Below, piece by piece: positions 28,240 to 37,986 of a DNA stretch of 64,000 nt. This DNA comes from an uncultured delta proteobacterium. GTDB lineage: Bacteria > Desulfobacterota > Desulfuromonadia > Geobacterales > DSM-12255. The position numbers and the translations under genes were made by a program. Under the pieces are notes generated by a model. The model made no database searches. It was not told the DNA's origin and saw only the letters and a list, made by a program, of their open reading frames with translations. Location of the stretch: positions 96,001-160,000 of the forward strand of contig CAWBBV010000011.1 in assembly GCA_963787125.1 (NCBI GenBank), in the 5' to 3' direction. The stretch's first letter is position 1; each line of letters begins with the position of its first letter.

Positions 28240-28992
28240 GTGAAAGAGCATATTTCAAGGTTTTTCCTGTATGCGGCAGTTGCGCTGATTTTTTCCGGCT
28301 GTGCTCTCGGCTCTGCATCGAGAAAACAGGCAACATATCACTTTCAAATGGGGCTCTCCTACCTGGGAGAAAACAACGTCACCGGCGCACTTGTTGAATT
28401 CACTGCGTCTGAAAAGATCGACCCTGACAATCATGAGCTGCAGAACTATCTTGGGCAAGTCTACTTCAGAAAAAACAAGCTCGACATTTCCGAAAAGAAA
28501 TATCTTCGCGCCATCGCCCTCAAGCCTGATTACTCTGAAGCCAGAAACAACCTTGCCGTTACCTATCTTGAAATGAAGCGTTGGGACGATGCAATTTACC
28601 AGTTAAAACTTGTAACTGAAGATATTTTCTACCAGAATCAGTCTGCAGCCGGGATCAACCTGGCGCTGGCTCTTTACAACAAGGGTGAGTTCAAACAGGC
28701 TATTGATATCTTGAGGCCGCTTGCGGCCGCCTATCCTCTTGATCCAATGATTCGCTACAATATCGGCAGGATATATTACGCCTCAGACAAGATAGACCTT
28801 GCTGTGGTTGAGTACCGAAAAGCGATTGAACTCTACCCTGATTATTTGCAGGCGCACTATAGCATGGGGCAGGCAAACATGAAGCAGGGCAACCGGAAAG
28901 AGGCGATCAAACAGTTCAAAGAGGTTGTCAGAATTGCTCCTGACAGTGAGATGGCGCACCTTTCGCGGGAACACCTAGACCTTCTGAAATGA
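28240..28992 (+). CDS. TPR lipoprotein, PilW/PilF pilotin-like
   Basis: Lipobox FSGC, multiple TPRs (ARNNLAVTYL, YNIGRIYY), adjacent to rlmN and a rodZ-like gene. Confidence 0.8.
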   Translation: MKEHISRFFLYAAVALIFSGCALGSASRKQATYHFQMGLSYLGENNVTGALVEFTASEKIDPDNHELQNYLGQVYFRKNKLDISEKKYLRAIALKPDYSEARNNLAVTYLEMKRWDDAIYQLKLVTEDIFYQNQSAAGINLALALYNKGEFKQAIDILRPLAAAYPLDPMIRYNIGRIYYASDKIDLAVVEYRKAIELYPDYLQAHYSMGQANMKQGNRKEAIKQFKEVVRIAPDSEMAHLSREHLDLLK

Positions 28993-29819
28993 AATCACCC
29001 GGGTCAGAAATCAGTGAGTCTGTTGCAGCTTGCGACATGGGCGGCGTCGGTGCCTGGCTGAAAAAAGTCAGGGCTGAAAGAGGCGAAACCCTTGACGATG
29101 TTTCAAAAGTAACCAGAATTGGAAGAACCTATCTTGAAGCCATAGAAGAAGGTGCTGCCGAAAAACTTCCGAGCCAGGCCTACACAAGAGGCTTCATCCG
29201 GCTGTATGCAGCACATCTCGGACTCCCCCCTGAAGAAGCGGTTGCCATGATCAACGGTACCCGGGCCGAACCTGCAGTTATCAATGCTGCGCCCCTGCTC
29301 CAGTCCCAGATTGAAAGAAACCCTCCCCTTCCATATCGACGTGGATTGATATTCAGCACCCTCCTGGCGCTCGTACTGGTTGCTGGCTATCTGCTCTTTA
29401 AGCCGACAAATAGCCAGACTCCAAAACAGCTAAACCGGCTTGAGCCTGCACCGGTAAATCAACCAGAAAAAACAGCAGCCGTAATTCCGGAGCAGTCGAC
29501 CCTGAAGAACGATCCTGTGCCGGCAGCCAACTCTGAGCCGCGGACCGGTGAAAATGCTCATAGCGAAGCGCTCGTTCTGCGCCTGAAGGCGATTAGCGAA
29601 GTAAAAATTCACATCATAATAGATGGCTCTGCTTCACAGGAATATGATCTGGTTGCCGGCGATCTGGTCGAATGGAAAGCAGAAAGCACCATCGCACTCG
29701 ATCTCGACAATGCAGCTTCAGTTGAAGGAGAACTGGACGGCAAGCCACTTAAACCTTTCGGTGCCCCTGGAAAAGCCGCCCACCTTGTACTGAAGACAGA
29801 CGGAACCCACCAGGAATAA
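28989..29819 (+). CDS. RodZ-like protein (HTH, TM, DUF4115-like domain)
   Basis: YLEAIEEG...LPSQAYTRGFIRLYAAHLGL, central TM helix, C-terminal beta domain. Confidence 0.85.
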   Translation: MKSPGSEISESVAACDMGGVGAWLKKVRAERGETLDDVSKVTRIGRTYLEAIEEGAAEKLPSQAYTRGFIRLYAAHLGLPPEEAVAMINGTRAEPAVINAAPLLQSQIERNPPLPYRRGLIFSTLLALVLVAGYLLFKPTNSQTPKQLNRLEPAPVNQPEKTAAVIPEQSTLKNDPVPAANSEPRTGENAHSEALVLRLKAISEVKIHIIIDGSASQEYDLVAGDLVEWKAESTIALDLDNAASVEGELDGKPLKPFGAPGKAAHLVLKTDGTHQE

Positions 29820-29938
29820 CTTTAGCAAGTGCGCCACTCACCTATTTTCTGTAGATGGAATTTATCCATGTATCAATAATTGCCAGCCTGATCCGGACCG
29901 CAGTAAAACCAAGATAAAAATTTCAAACTCACGCTTAC

Positions 29939-29966
29939 TTGACAGCTTAAAACTCCATGATAAAGT
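29939..29966 (+). promoter_or_regulatory. Putative sigma70 promoter
   Basis: TTGACA-16 bp-TAAAGT with TGn extension upstream of the response regulator. Confidence 0.45.
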
Positions 29967-29986
29967 CTTTACACCTATAAACAATC

Positions 29987-30397
29987 ATGGAGTTTAGCTT
30001 GGATACAGATGCCAAACGAATACTGCTCGTAGATGATGAGGAAAACGCCAGAGTGGCCCTCTCAAGGCTTTTGTCGCGAGAAGGTTATATCGTTGATACG
30101 GTAGCCAACGGCTATGAAGCACTTGATCATCTCCGCGAGCATGAGGTACACCTGATTGTTACCGACATAAATATGCCGGAAATGGACGGGATTGAGTTTC
30201 TTCGGGAAGTGAACCGCTCATTCCCTGGCAGTAATGTAATAATGATAACAGCTTATGGTGGCGTGGAGTCGTACATAGAGGCAATCAACCTTGGAGCTTT
30301 TGAATACATCAATAAACCGGTAAAAATTGAAGAGTTAAAGTCTATTATGGACAAGATTTTTTCCCCTCAACAAAGCCAGAAGATGGAGGAAGTATGA
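29987..30397 (+). CDS. Single-domain response regulator
   Basis: ILLVDDE, TDINMPEMDG, ITAY, YINKP. Confidence 0.92.
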   Translation: MEFSLDTDAKRILLVDDEENARVALSRLLSREGYIVDTVANGYEALDHLREHEVHLIVTDINMPEMDGIEFLREVNRSFPGSNVIMITAYGGVESYIEAINLGAFEYINKPVKIEELKSIMDKIFSPQQSQKMEEV

Positions 30398-30837
30398 AAC
30401 AGTTCGCTACTATTCTTTTTGCAAACGATTTTTCTGAGGGCTCCGACCATGCTTTTGATTATGCCCTGTCACTGGCAAAGCAGTTCTCAGCAAAACTGCT
30501 GATTGTTCATATCATAAACGAGCCGGTTGATCTTCGTGGCTTTTATGTTCCGCACATCTCTTTTGAAAATCTGGAAAAAGAGATTGCCGACGGAGCGGAA
30601 AAAATGATGACTCGTTTTTGCAACGAGAATCTGGAGGAGTTCAAAAATTTTGAGCACTATACCATCACCGGGATTCCATATGAAGAGATTGTGAGAAAAG
30701 CGGTAGAGGGCGGCGCAGACCTGATAGTCATGGGAACTCACGGCAGAAAAGGGGTTGATCACCTTCTCTTTGGCAGCACCGCAGAGCGGGTGGTCAGAAA
30801 CTCCCCCTGCCCTGTCATGACGGTACGGCTCCCCTGA
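30394..30837 (+). CDS. Universal stress protein (UspA family)
   Basis: ILFANDFS, DLIVMGTHGRKG, FGSTAERVVRNSPCPVMTV. Confidence 0.95.
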   Translation: MKQFATILFANDFSEGSDHAFDYALSLAKQFSAKLLIVHIINEPVDLRGFYVPHISFENLEKEIADGAEKMMTRFCNENLEEFKNFEHYTITGIPYEEIVRKAVEGGADLIVMGTHGRKGVDHLLFGSTAERVVRNSPCPVMTVRLP

Positions 30838-30870
30838 AAATCACTTTCATATTAATAACTACCCCATGGA

Positions 30871-30899
30871 GAGCAGCAGATTATCTGCTGCTCGTTTTT
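30871..30899 (+). terminator. Probable Rho-independent terminator
   Basis: GAGCAGCAGA-TTA-TCTGCTGCTC then GTTTTT. Confidence 0.7.
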
Positions 30900-30909
30900 A
30901 TTGGTGCCC

Positions 30910-32094
30910 ATGAAAAACCGGATTAATAGAAATGAAGTTACAATCCTCGCCATAGACGATGAAGAGAGCATTCTCAATCTGGTCGGGATCATCCTCTCCA
31001 ATCGAGGCTACACAGTCGTCAAGGCAAGCGACGCATTCAAGGGACTGGAACTTGTTGCCAGCCTGAATCCGACTCTGGTTATCCTTGACTACATGATGCC
31101 TGGAATGGACGGACTGGAACTCCTTAAGCTGATAAAAAGCAGTTTTCCCGACACCTACGTCATTATGTTCACTGGCAAGGGGAGTGAAGAAATTGCCGTT
31201 GAGCTTATGAAGGCTGGCGCTTCAGATTATATCCTCAAGCCTTTCAACAATCAGAATCTCATTGAAAGAATTGAGAACGTCCTTAAAATCAGGACGGTTG
31301 AGATTGAAAACCGCGCGTTGGTGTCAGAGCGTGAACAACTTCTCTGTGAAATAAAAGCCTGGAACGAAGAACTAGAGCTTCGAATCAGAAAAGAATCGGA
31401 AGCGCTGCAGAAAGCACATGCTGAAGTTGTGCAATCTCAGAAACTGGCGACTCTCGGCTACCTTGCTGCCGGCATGTCCCATGAGATCCGCAATCCACTG
31501 AATTCAATATCTCTCTTTGTGCAACTTATAAAAGAAGGGGTTGATGAAATAGACAAGCTCGAATATGTCGACAAGATTCTCAAAGAGGTTGATAGAGTCG
31601 ATGCAACCCTGCGAAAACTGCTCGACACAGCCAAAAGACCTCGATATGAACTGACTGAAGTCGATATCGAGGAAATTATTGAGAAAACCTTTGACAACTT
31701 CACCCCGCAAATAACCGCACAGAAGATCGTCCTGAACTTCTCCTCAGAGAAAAAATTACCCCTGCTTAAGGCCGATCCAGGCGAACTACAGCAGATTTTC
31801 ACTAATCTTTTCCTGAATGCGATTGATGAAATGCCAGATGGCGGCAGCCTCGGCATTGATCTTGATCATGACAACCGGGACATTGTTATTCTTGTCAGCG
31901 ACAGCGGCAAGGGTATCCCGAAAGAGAATCTCCCTAACATTTTCGACCCGTTTTTCAGCACAAAAAACAGAGGAACGGGCATGGGACTTTCGGTTGTGCT
32001 CAGAATCGTTAAAAATTACGGCGGCAAAATAGAGGTCATTGACAGTAGTAACGCAGGCACCACCTTTCTTGTGCGTCTCCCTGTATCCTTATGA
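30910..32094 (+). CDS. Cytoplasmic hybrid REC-histidine kinase
   Basis: N-terminal REC, H-box SHEIRNPL, N-box NLFLNA, DSGKGI, GTGMGL. Confidence 0.93.
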   Translation: MKNRINRNEVTILAIDDEESILNLVGIILSNRGYTVVKASDAFKGLELVASLNPTLVILDYMMPGMDGLELLKLIKSSFPDTYVIMFTGKGSEEIAVELMKAGASDYILKPFNNQNLIERIENVLKIRTVEIENRALVSEREQLLCEIKAWNEELELRIRKESEALQKAHAEVVQSQKLATLGYLAAGMSHEIRNPLNSISLFVQLIKEGVDEIDKLEYVDKILKEVDRVDATLRKLLDTAKRPRYELTEVDIEEIIEKTFDNFTPQITAQKIVLNFSSEKKLPLLKADPGELQQIFTNLFLNAIDEMPDGGSLGIDLDHDNRDIVILVSDSGKGIPKENLPNIFDPFFSTKNRGTGMGLSVVLRIVKNYGGKIEVIDSSNAGTTFLVRLPVSL

Positions 32095-32122
32095 ACCGAC
32101 CCTCGCAACAATAAACCCTCCT

Positions 32123-32202
32123 TAGCCCTTATAAACAGGATAAGTGCGTTAACGAAATTATTTTCTGCTGACATGCGCAGAAAATAATTTCTAACTTACT
32201 AA
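32123..32202. repeat. Dispersed ~81 bp structured repeat, copy 3 (80 bp, perfect 15 bp stem)
   Basis: tagcccttataaacaggataagtgcgttaacgaaattattttctgctgacatgcgcagaaaataatttctaacttactaa. Confidence 0.9.
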
Positions 32203-32280
32203 AGACAACAGCGCTCTTTCAATTTCAATTAAAATTAGATAGTATTACGCTTCATATTTACAGAGCTACATGAGGACTTG

Positions 32281-32691
32281 ATGTTGCAGTCACCCACTAC
32301 TATCCTGCTTATTGATGACGACTCTTTCTTCCTGAAAGTCCTTGCAGAAGCGTTCTCCGTTTGCGGTTTCTCGGTATTTACCGCAGCTGACGGCAATGAA
32401 GGAGTCAAAGTTTTCATTGAAAAACGGCCGAAAGTTGTCATCTGTGATCTTATCATGCCCGGCATGGGAGGAGTCAGCACCTGCATGAGTATTCGAAAGA
32501 TTGCAGAACCAGACAATGAGCCTATCATAGCCCTGCTCACCTCCATGTTCAAAGGTCCACCAAGACTACTCGAGTCGCCTGAAATGGGCGCACGGATCCA
32601 TATCCCGAAATCTACTCACCCGCTGAACGTTGTCGTTCTGATCGAACAGCTGCTGCAAAGATTCGGCAAAGGCAACGCAAGTGCCTGCTGA
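32281..32691 (+). CDS. Single-domain response regulator
   Basis: ILLIDDD, CDLIMPGMGG, LLTS, HIPK. Confidence 0.85.
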   Translation: MLQSPTTILLIDDDSFFLKVLAEAFSVCGFSVFTAADGNEGVKVFIEKRPKVVICDLIMPGMGGVSTCMSIRKIAEPDNEPIIALLTSMFKGPPRLLESPEMGARIHIPKSTHPLNVVVLIEQLLQRFGKGNASAC

Positions 32692-34276
32692 TAACCACCA
32701 TTTCATCCTTCGGAATATAGCTCTACCTTATGACGAGGATGAAGCTCAGCTTTTGTTCCTGATTGCCGGGCGTTTTTCGCTCGCCAGCGAGCGTATTGCA
32801 AACTTCAGGATTTTACGAAAAGGAATCGACGCCCGTAAAAAGCCCCGCATCAAATTCGTCTATTCAGTAGAATTTACGGTCACTGACCCGGAAGGATTCT
32901 GGCAACAACACTCGACAGATTCTGACCTTGAAATCGCGGCAAAAAACTGCTCGTCAACGCCAGCCCGAATTGTCAGCCAAAAGAAAGTAGTTATTGTCGG
33001 CAGCGGCCCGGCAGGGCTTTTTGCCGCGCTGAGACTGGCTGAATACGGCATCACGCCACTGCTGCTTGAGCGGGGCAGCGCTGTAGAAGAGCGGGTTCAT
33101 GCCGTCAACAGCTTCTGGAAGAGCGGCCTGCTTGACGAAGAGAGTAACGTGCAGTTTGGCGAAGGCGGCGCCGGCACCTTCTCTGACGGCAAGCTGACAA
33201 CAAGGGTAAGAGATCCGAACTGTGGCTATGTGCTGCAAAGGCTTGTCGAGTTCGGGGCACCTGAAGAGATAACCTGGCAGGCAAAGCCCCATGTCGGCAC
33301 TGACAGACTCAGATCAGTGCTGATAAACATCCGCCGTTTTCTTCTGGAGCGGGATCTTGATATCCGCTTCAAGGCAAAACTGACCGGTATCGACATAACT
33401 GACCGACAGCTGAAATCCATTGTCATCAATGACCGGATTGAAGAGAAATGCGACGCTCTCCTTCTTGCCCCCGGCCATAGCGCCCGGGACACCTACGTCA
33501 TGCTCGACGCTGCCGGTGTTACCATGGAGCAGAAACCTTTTGCCGTGGGCTTCAGGGTAGAACACCCGCAAGAGCTTATCAACATGATTCAGTACGGGAT
33601 GGCAGTCGACCCGCGGCTCCCGGCGGCCGATTACGCCCTTGCCTTCAATGATGACAAAACCGGCCGTTCGGCCTATTCGTTCTGCATGTGCCCGGGTGGA
33701 GTTGTCATCGCCGGCTCTTCAGAAGCTGGCGGTGTGGTGACAAACGGTATGAGCGACCTGCAAAGGGGTAGCGGCCTGGCTAACAGCGCGCTGGTGGCAA
33801 CGGTAAAAACGACTGATTTCAAGAACAGCTCACCACTTGCCGGTATTGATTTTCAGCGGAACCTTGAAAAGCTGGCCTACAAGGCAGGAGGGGGAGACTA
33901 CAAAGCTCCTGCACAGGGGCTTATGGCTTTCTTGAAGCAGCGCGGGACTTCCGGCCTGAAGTCATCATACCTGCCCGGAGTTCGGGAAGCTGACCTGGAA
34001 GCGCTTCTACCCGACTTTATTTCTGCAACCATCAAGGACGGGATCAGAACTTTTGAACGCAAGCTGCGAGGTTTCATAACCTCGGAAGCGACTCTTGTCG
34101 GTGTCGAAAGCCGCACATCTGCCCCTTTGAGGATCTTGCGGGGTGATGATTTTCAATCACCTGCAGCCAAAGGCCTTTTCCCGTGCGGTGAGGGGGCAGG
34201 CTATGCCGGCGGAATAATGAGCGCCGCCCTTGACGGGATCAGAGTGGCAGACGCAATTGCAAAGGGACTTGCCTGA
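32681..34276 (+). CDS. Uncharacterised FAD-dependent oxidoreductase
   Basis: GSGPAGLFAA, QFGEGGAGTFSDGKL, FCMCPGG, GEGAGYAGGIMSAALDG. Confidence 0.9.
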   Translation: MPADNHHFILRNIALPYDEDEAQLLFLIAGRFSLASERIANFRILRKGIDARKKPRIKFVYSVEFTVTDPEGFWQQHSTDSDLEIAAKNCSSTPARIVSQKKVVIVGSGPAGLFAALRLAEYGITPLLLERGSAVEERVHAVNSFWKSGLLDEESNVQFGEGGAGTFSDGKLTTRVRDPNCGYVLQRLVEFGAPEEITWQAKPHVGTDRLRSVLINIRRFLLERDLDIRFKAKLTGIDITDRQLKSIVINDRIEEKCDALLLAPGHSARDTYVMLDAAGVTMEQKPFAVGFRVEHPQELINMIQYGMAVDPRLPAADYALAFNDDKTGRSAYSFCMCPGGVVIAGSSEAGGVVTNGMSDLQRGSGLANSALVATVKTTDFKNSSPLAGIDFQRNLEKLAYKAGGGDYKAPAQGLMAFLKQRGTSGLKSSYLPGVREADLEALLPDFISATIKDGIRTFERKLRGFITSEATLVGVESRTSAPLRILRGDDFQSPAAKGLFPCGEGAGYAGGIMSAALDGIRVADAIAKGLA

Positions 34277-34277
34277 C

Positions 34278-34964
34278 ATGAAGATATCCGTTGTAATCCC
34301 TGTGTACAATGAAGCTGCCACCATCGAAGCAATTATCTCTGCGGTAAGGGCTGTTCCCTACGAAAAGGAGATAATCATCGTTGATGATGGCTCTAATGAT
34401 GGAACCCGAGAAATACTGGCAAGCCTCCGCCTGCAGGATTTGAAAGTCATCTATCATGAAAAGAATCAGGGGAAAGGGGCGGCCCTGCGGACAGGATTCA
34501 AAGCGATTACCGGGGACTTTGTCATTATTCAGGATGCAGATCTTGAATATAATCCGGCAGAGTATCCAAAACTTCTGAAACCACTTATGGAAGGCAGGGC
34601 TGACGTTGTCTACGGCTCACGCTTTGTTGGCGGAGAAGAACACCGGGCAATATTCTTCTGGCATATGATAGGCAACAGATTTCTCACCCTCTTCTCAAAC
34701 ATGTTATCCAATCTGAACCTTACCGACATGGAAACATGCTACAAAGCTTTCAGAAAAGAGATCCTGGATAATGTCACTATTGAAGAGAACCGCTTCGGCT
34801 TCGAGCCGGAGATAACTGCCAAGATGGCTAAACTTGGTGCAAGAATTTACGAAGTTGGGGTATCCTACTCGGGACGAATGTACAGCGAAGGGAAGAAGAT
34901 CGGTTGGCAAGACGGCATTTCGGCTTTAAGATGCATCATCAAATACAATCTGTTCAAGGGATAA
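34278..34964 (+). CDS. GT2 glycosyltransferase (polyprenol-phosphate glycosyltransferase-like)
   Basis: SVVIPVYNE, VDDGSNDGT, QDADLEY, LTDMETCYK. Confidence 0.92.
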   Translation: MKISVVIPVYNEAATIEAIISAVRAVPYEKEIIIVDDGSNDGTREILASLRLQDLKVIYHEKNQGKGAALRTGFKAITGDFVIIQDADLEYNPAEYPKLLKPLMEGRADVVYGSRFVGGEEHRAIFFWHMIGNRFLTLFSNMLSNLNLTDMETCYKAFRKEILDNVTIEENRFGFEPEITAKMAKLGARIYEVGVSYSGRMYSEGKKIGWQDGISALRCIIKYNLFKG

Positions 34965-34970
34965 TCACCA

Positions 34971-36068
34971 GTGAGAAAAATTTTCGTAAAAGAGCTGAAA
35001 GACAGGGATCAACTCAAAGCGGTCTTTCTTGTCAAAGAAAAAATCACTGCCATGGCAAAAAACGGCAAGCCTTATCTCACCATCCGCTTGATGGACAAGA
35101 GCGGCGATGTGGATGCCAAAGTCTGGGACAATGTTGATGAAGTGGCCGGCAGATTCGATAAGGATGATTTTCTTGAGGTTTCGGCAAAAGCTTCCGTTTA
35201 TCTGGGGAAGATGCAACTGGTCATTTCGGATCTGCGCAAAATGCCGGAAGAAGATGTCAACCTTGCCGACTTCCTCCCTGAAACCGAAAGGGATATCAAG
35301 GAGATGGAGAGCGAACTTGCCGCCCTTCTCACCACACTCTCAAACAGCTGGCTAAAGACCCTGCTGGACGACTTTTTTAAAGACCCGGAGGTAATGGCTC
35401 TTTACAGGGTTGCTCCGGCAGCCAAAGGGATGCACCATGTCTACCTCGGCGGACTCCTGGAACACTCCCTGGCAGTCGCTTCGCTGGTGGATGCTGTCGT
35501 GCCGCTCTACAAAGGCTTTAACAGAGACTTGCTGATTGCCGGGGCTCTCCTGCATGATGTCGGCAAAGTCCGCGAGATGAAGTTCTTCAGATCGTTTGAC
35601 TACAGTGACGAAGGCAAATTGATCGGCCACATAACCATCGGTGTTGAGATGATTCATGAAAGGGTCTGTCAGATTCCCGGCTTTCCGCCGGGACTTGCCA
35701 TGCAGCTGAAGCATCTTATTCTCTCCCACCATGGCCAGTATGAATACGGCTCTCCCAAGCGGCCTAAAACTATAGAGGCAACTGTGCTGAACTATCTCGA
35801 CGATCTTGATTCGAAGATAAACGGCATAAAAACACATATCAAAAAAGAAGGGGAGATGCAGGGGAATTGGACAAACTATCATCGCCTCTATGACCGCTAT
35901 TTCTACGTTGACCGGACTGAAGAGGTTCTTGCTGACGAGCCGCCACAACCGGTGATAGCACCACCACGTGAAAGGGTCCGCGAAAAACAGGGGTTTGGCA
36001 ACAACCCTTTCGAAAAGCTGAAAACTGAGCCCGCCAGAGCCGAGAACCTGGATCTTTTCTCAAGATGA
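34971..36068 (+). CDS. yhaM: 3'-5' exoribonuclease YhaM family (OB fold + HD)
   Basis: AKNGKPYL OB fold, HHVYLGGLLEH, LHDVGK, ILSHHG. Confidence 0.85.
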   Translation: MRKIFVKELKDRDQLKAVFLVKEKITAMAKNGKPYLTIRLMDKSGDVDAKVWDNVDEVAGRFDKDDFLEVSAKASVYLGKMQLVISDLRKMPEEDVNLADFLPETERDIKEMESELAALLTTLSNSWLKTLLDDFFKDPEVMALYRVAPAAKGMHHVYLGGLLEHSLAVASLVDAVVPLYKGFNRDLLIAGALLHDVGKVREMKFFRSFDYSDEGKLIGHITIGVEMIHERVCQIPGFPPGLAMQLKHLILSHHGQYEYGSPKRPKTIEATVLNYLDDLDSKINGIKTHIKKEGEMQGNWTNYHRLYDRYFYVDRTEEVLADEPPQPVIAPPRERVREKQGFGNNPFEKLKTEPARAENLDLFSR

Positions 36069-36151
36069 AAATAACGTACCTTGCCGTGCTGCTGATATTT
36101 CTCTTCACAGCCCTGGTCGGTTGCCGGAAAACAAATTTAAAGCGAGGCGAT

Positions 36152-36781
36152 ATGATTTTTGAGACAATAGTGGTCGGGGATTTGGGGGTCAATTGCTACC
36201 TGCTGGCTGACAGCCAGACAAAAGAGGGTATCGTTATAGATCCAGGTGCAGAGCCGGAACGGGTTCTCGCTGCAATTAAAACCAATGGTGTAAAAGTGGT
36301 TGCAGTCCTCAACACCCATGGCCATTTTGACCATATCGGCGGTAACCGCAAGGTTACCGAGACAACCGGCGCCAAACTGCTGATCAACAAAGAGGATGAA
36401 CCTTTCCTTTCGAAAGCGGCACGTTCGGCATCAATGTACGGCCTTAAAGCTGAAGATTCGCCGCGCCCTTCAGCATACCTTGCCGAAGGGGATCTTATCC
36501 GCTTTGGCATTCAAGAAATCAAAGTTATCCATACCCCGGGGCACTCACCAGGAGGCTGCTGTTTCTATCTGGCAAAAGAAGGGATCCTTGTCAGTGGTGA
36601 CTCACTTTTTGCTGAATCCGTTGGCAGAACCGACCTGCCTGGCGGCTCGCAGGCCCAGCTTGTCGGCTCAATCCGCACAAAGCTGCTGGTCTTGCCTGAC
36701 GATACAAAAGTTTATCCTGGACATGGACCGGCAACGACAATCGGTCACGAGAAAAAGCATAATCCGTACCTTGGAGGCTAA
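36152..36781 (+). CDS. MBL-fold hydrolase (glyoxalase II/YcbL-like); in-frame upstream start at 36065 would add a lipoprotein signal
   Basis: THGHFDHIGG, HTPGHSPG, SGDSLF, YPGHG. Confidence 0.88.
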   Translation: MIFETIVVGDLGVNCYLLADSQTKEGIVIDPGAEPERVLAAIKTNGVKVVAVLNTHGHFDHIGGNRKVTETTGAKLLINKEDEPFLSKAARSASMYGLKAEDSPRPSAYLAEGDLIRFGIQEIKVIHTPGHSPGGCCFYLAKEGILVSGDSLFAESVGRTDLPGGSQAQLVGSIRTKLLVLPDDTKVYPGHGPATTIGHEKKHNPYLGG

Positions 36782-36783
36782 AA

Positions 36784-37986
36784 ATGCTTGCAGGAAAAAC
36801 CATAATTCTCGGCGTCACCGGCGGCATAGCTGTCTATAAGGCGGTGGAACTGCTCCGCCTGTTAACCAAAGCCGGAGCATTAGTCCATGTCATCATGACA
36901 AAGGCCGCTACGGAATTTGTCACCCCTTTGACGTTTCAGACTCTCTCCGGAAACCCGGTGCACACCGAACTCTTCAATCTGATTACCGAGCAGGAAATCG
37001 GCCATATCTCTCTGGCTGACCGGGCAGACCTTTTTATCATAGCACCGGCAACAGCCAACTTTGTCGGCAAACTGGCAAACGGCATGGCTGACGACCTCCT
37101 GTCAACTACCGTCATGGCGACAAAAGCACCTCTGCTTATCGTCCCGGCAATGAACGTGAACATGTATGAGAACCCGCTCTATCAAGATAACGAAGCAAAA
37201 CTCAAGCGTCACGGTTACCATTTCGCAGCGCCTGTAACCGGCTGGCTGGCCTGCGGCTGGGAAGGGAACGGCAAGATGCAGGAGCCAGCTGTTATTGTCG
37301 AAGCGGCGTTGAATCTCCTTACAGCCAAAGATCTGGACGGCATAAAAATCCTGGTTACAGCCGGACCGACACGGGAAGAGATCGACCCGGTCAGATACAT
37401 AACCAATCACTCCTCCGGGAAGATGGGGTTCGCCATCGCCCGGGCAGCAAGACTTCGCGGCGCCAGCGTCACCCTGGTGAGCGGGCCGGTGGCTATTGCC
37501 CCCCCCTTTGGAGTTGAGCTGATAAAAACAGAAAGTGCCGCAGAAATGCAGAGTGCCGTTATCGCTTGCGCCCCTGACTGTGACGTCATCATCAAGGCAG
37601 CGGCAGTGGCAGACTACAGACCGATTGAGCGCGCAGGACAGAAGATAAAGAAGCAGACCGGCGAAGTCGGAATTTACCTGGTGAAAACAGCGGATATCCT
37701 AGCTGAGCTGGGGATGATGAAAAGGGGGGGGCAGATTCTTGTCGGCTTTGCCGCTGAAACTGAGAACCTGGCCGATAATGCGGCGGCAAAACTGCAGGCC
37801 AAGAATCTGGACATGATTGTGGCCAATGATGTCTCTGCCGCTGGCGCGGGCTTTAACGGGGATACCAATATCGTCAGGTTTTTCTGGCGGAGCGGCAAAA
37901 GTGAAGAGTTGCCACTTATGGCAAAGGAAAAGGTTGCTGGCGAGATTCTTGACCGAATAATTCTATTAAGGCAATCAGCCGTTTGA
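36784..37986 (+). CDS. coaBC: Phosphopantothenoylcysteine decarboxylase/ligase
   Basis: GVTGGIAVYK, PAMNVNMY, TAGPTREEIDPVRYITNHSSGKMG, VGFAAET. Confidence 0.97.
   Translation: MLAGKTIILGVTGGIAVYKAVELLRLLTKAGALVHVIMTKAATEFVTPLTFQTLSGNPVHTELFNLITEQEIGHISLADRADLFIIAPATANFVGKLANGMADDLLSTTVMATKAPLLIVPAMNVNMYENPLYQDNEAKLKRHGYHFAAPVTGWLACGWEGNGKMQEPAVIVEAALNLLTAKDLDGIKILVTAGPTREEIDPVRYITNHSSGKMGFAIARAARLRGASVTLVSGPVAIAPPFGVELIKTESAAEMQSAVIACAPDCDVIIKAAAVADYRPIERAGQKIKKQTGEVGIYLVKTADILAELGMMKRGGQILVGFAAETENLADNAAAKLQAKNLDMIVANDVSAAGAGFNGDTNIVRFFWRSGKSEELPLMAKEKVAGEILDRIILLRQSAV

Noticed and set aside
24315..32202. 81 bp repeats as integron attC sites or CRISPR repeats
   Set aside because: GTTA precedes TAAC, the reverse of the attC RYYYAAC...GTTRRRY order; no integrase; copies are too long and too far apart for CRISPR and no cas genes are present
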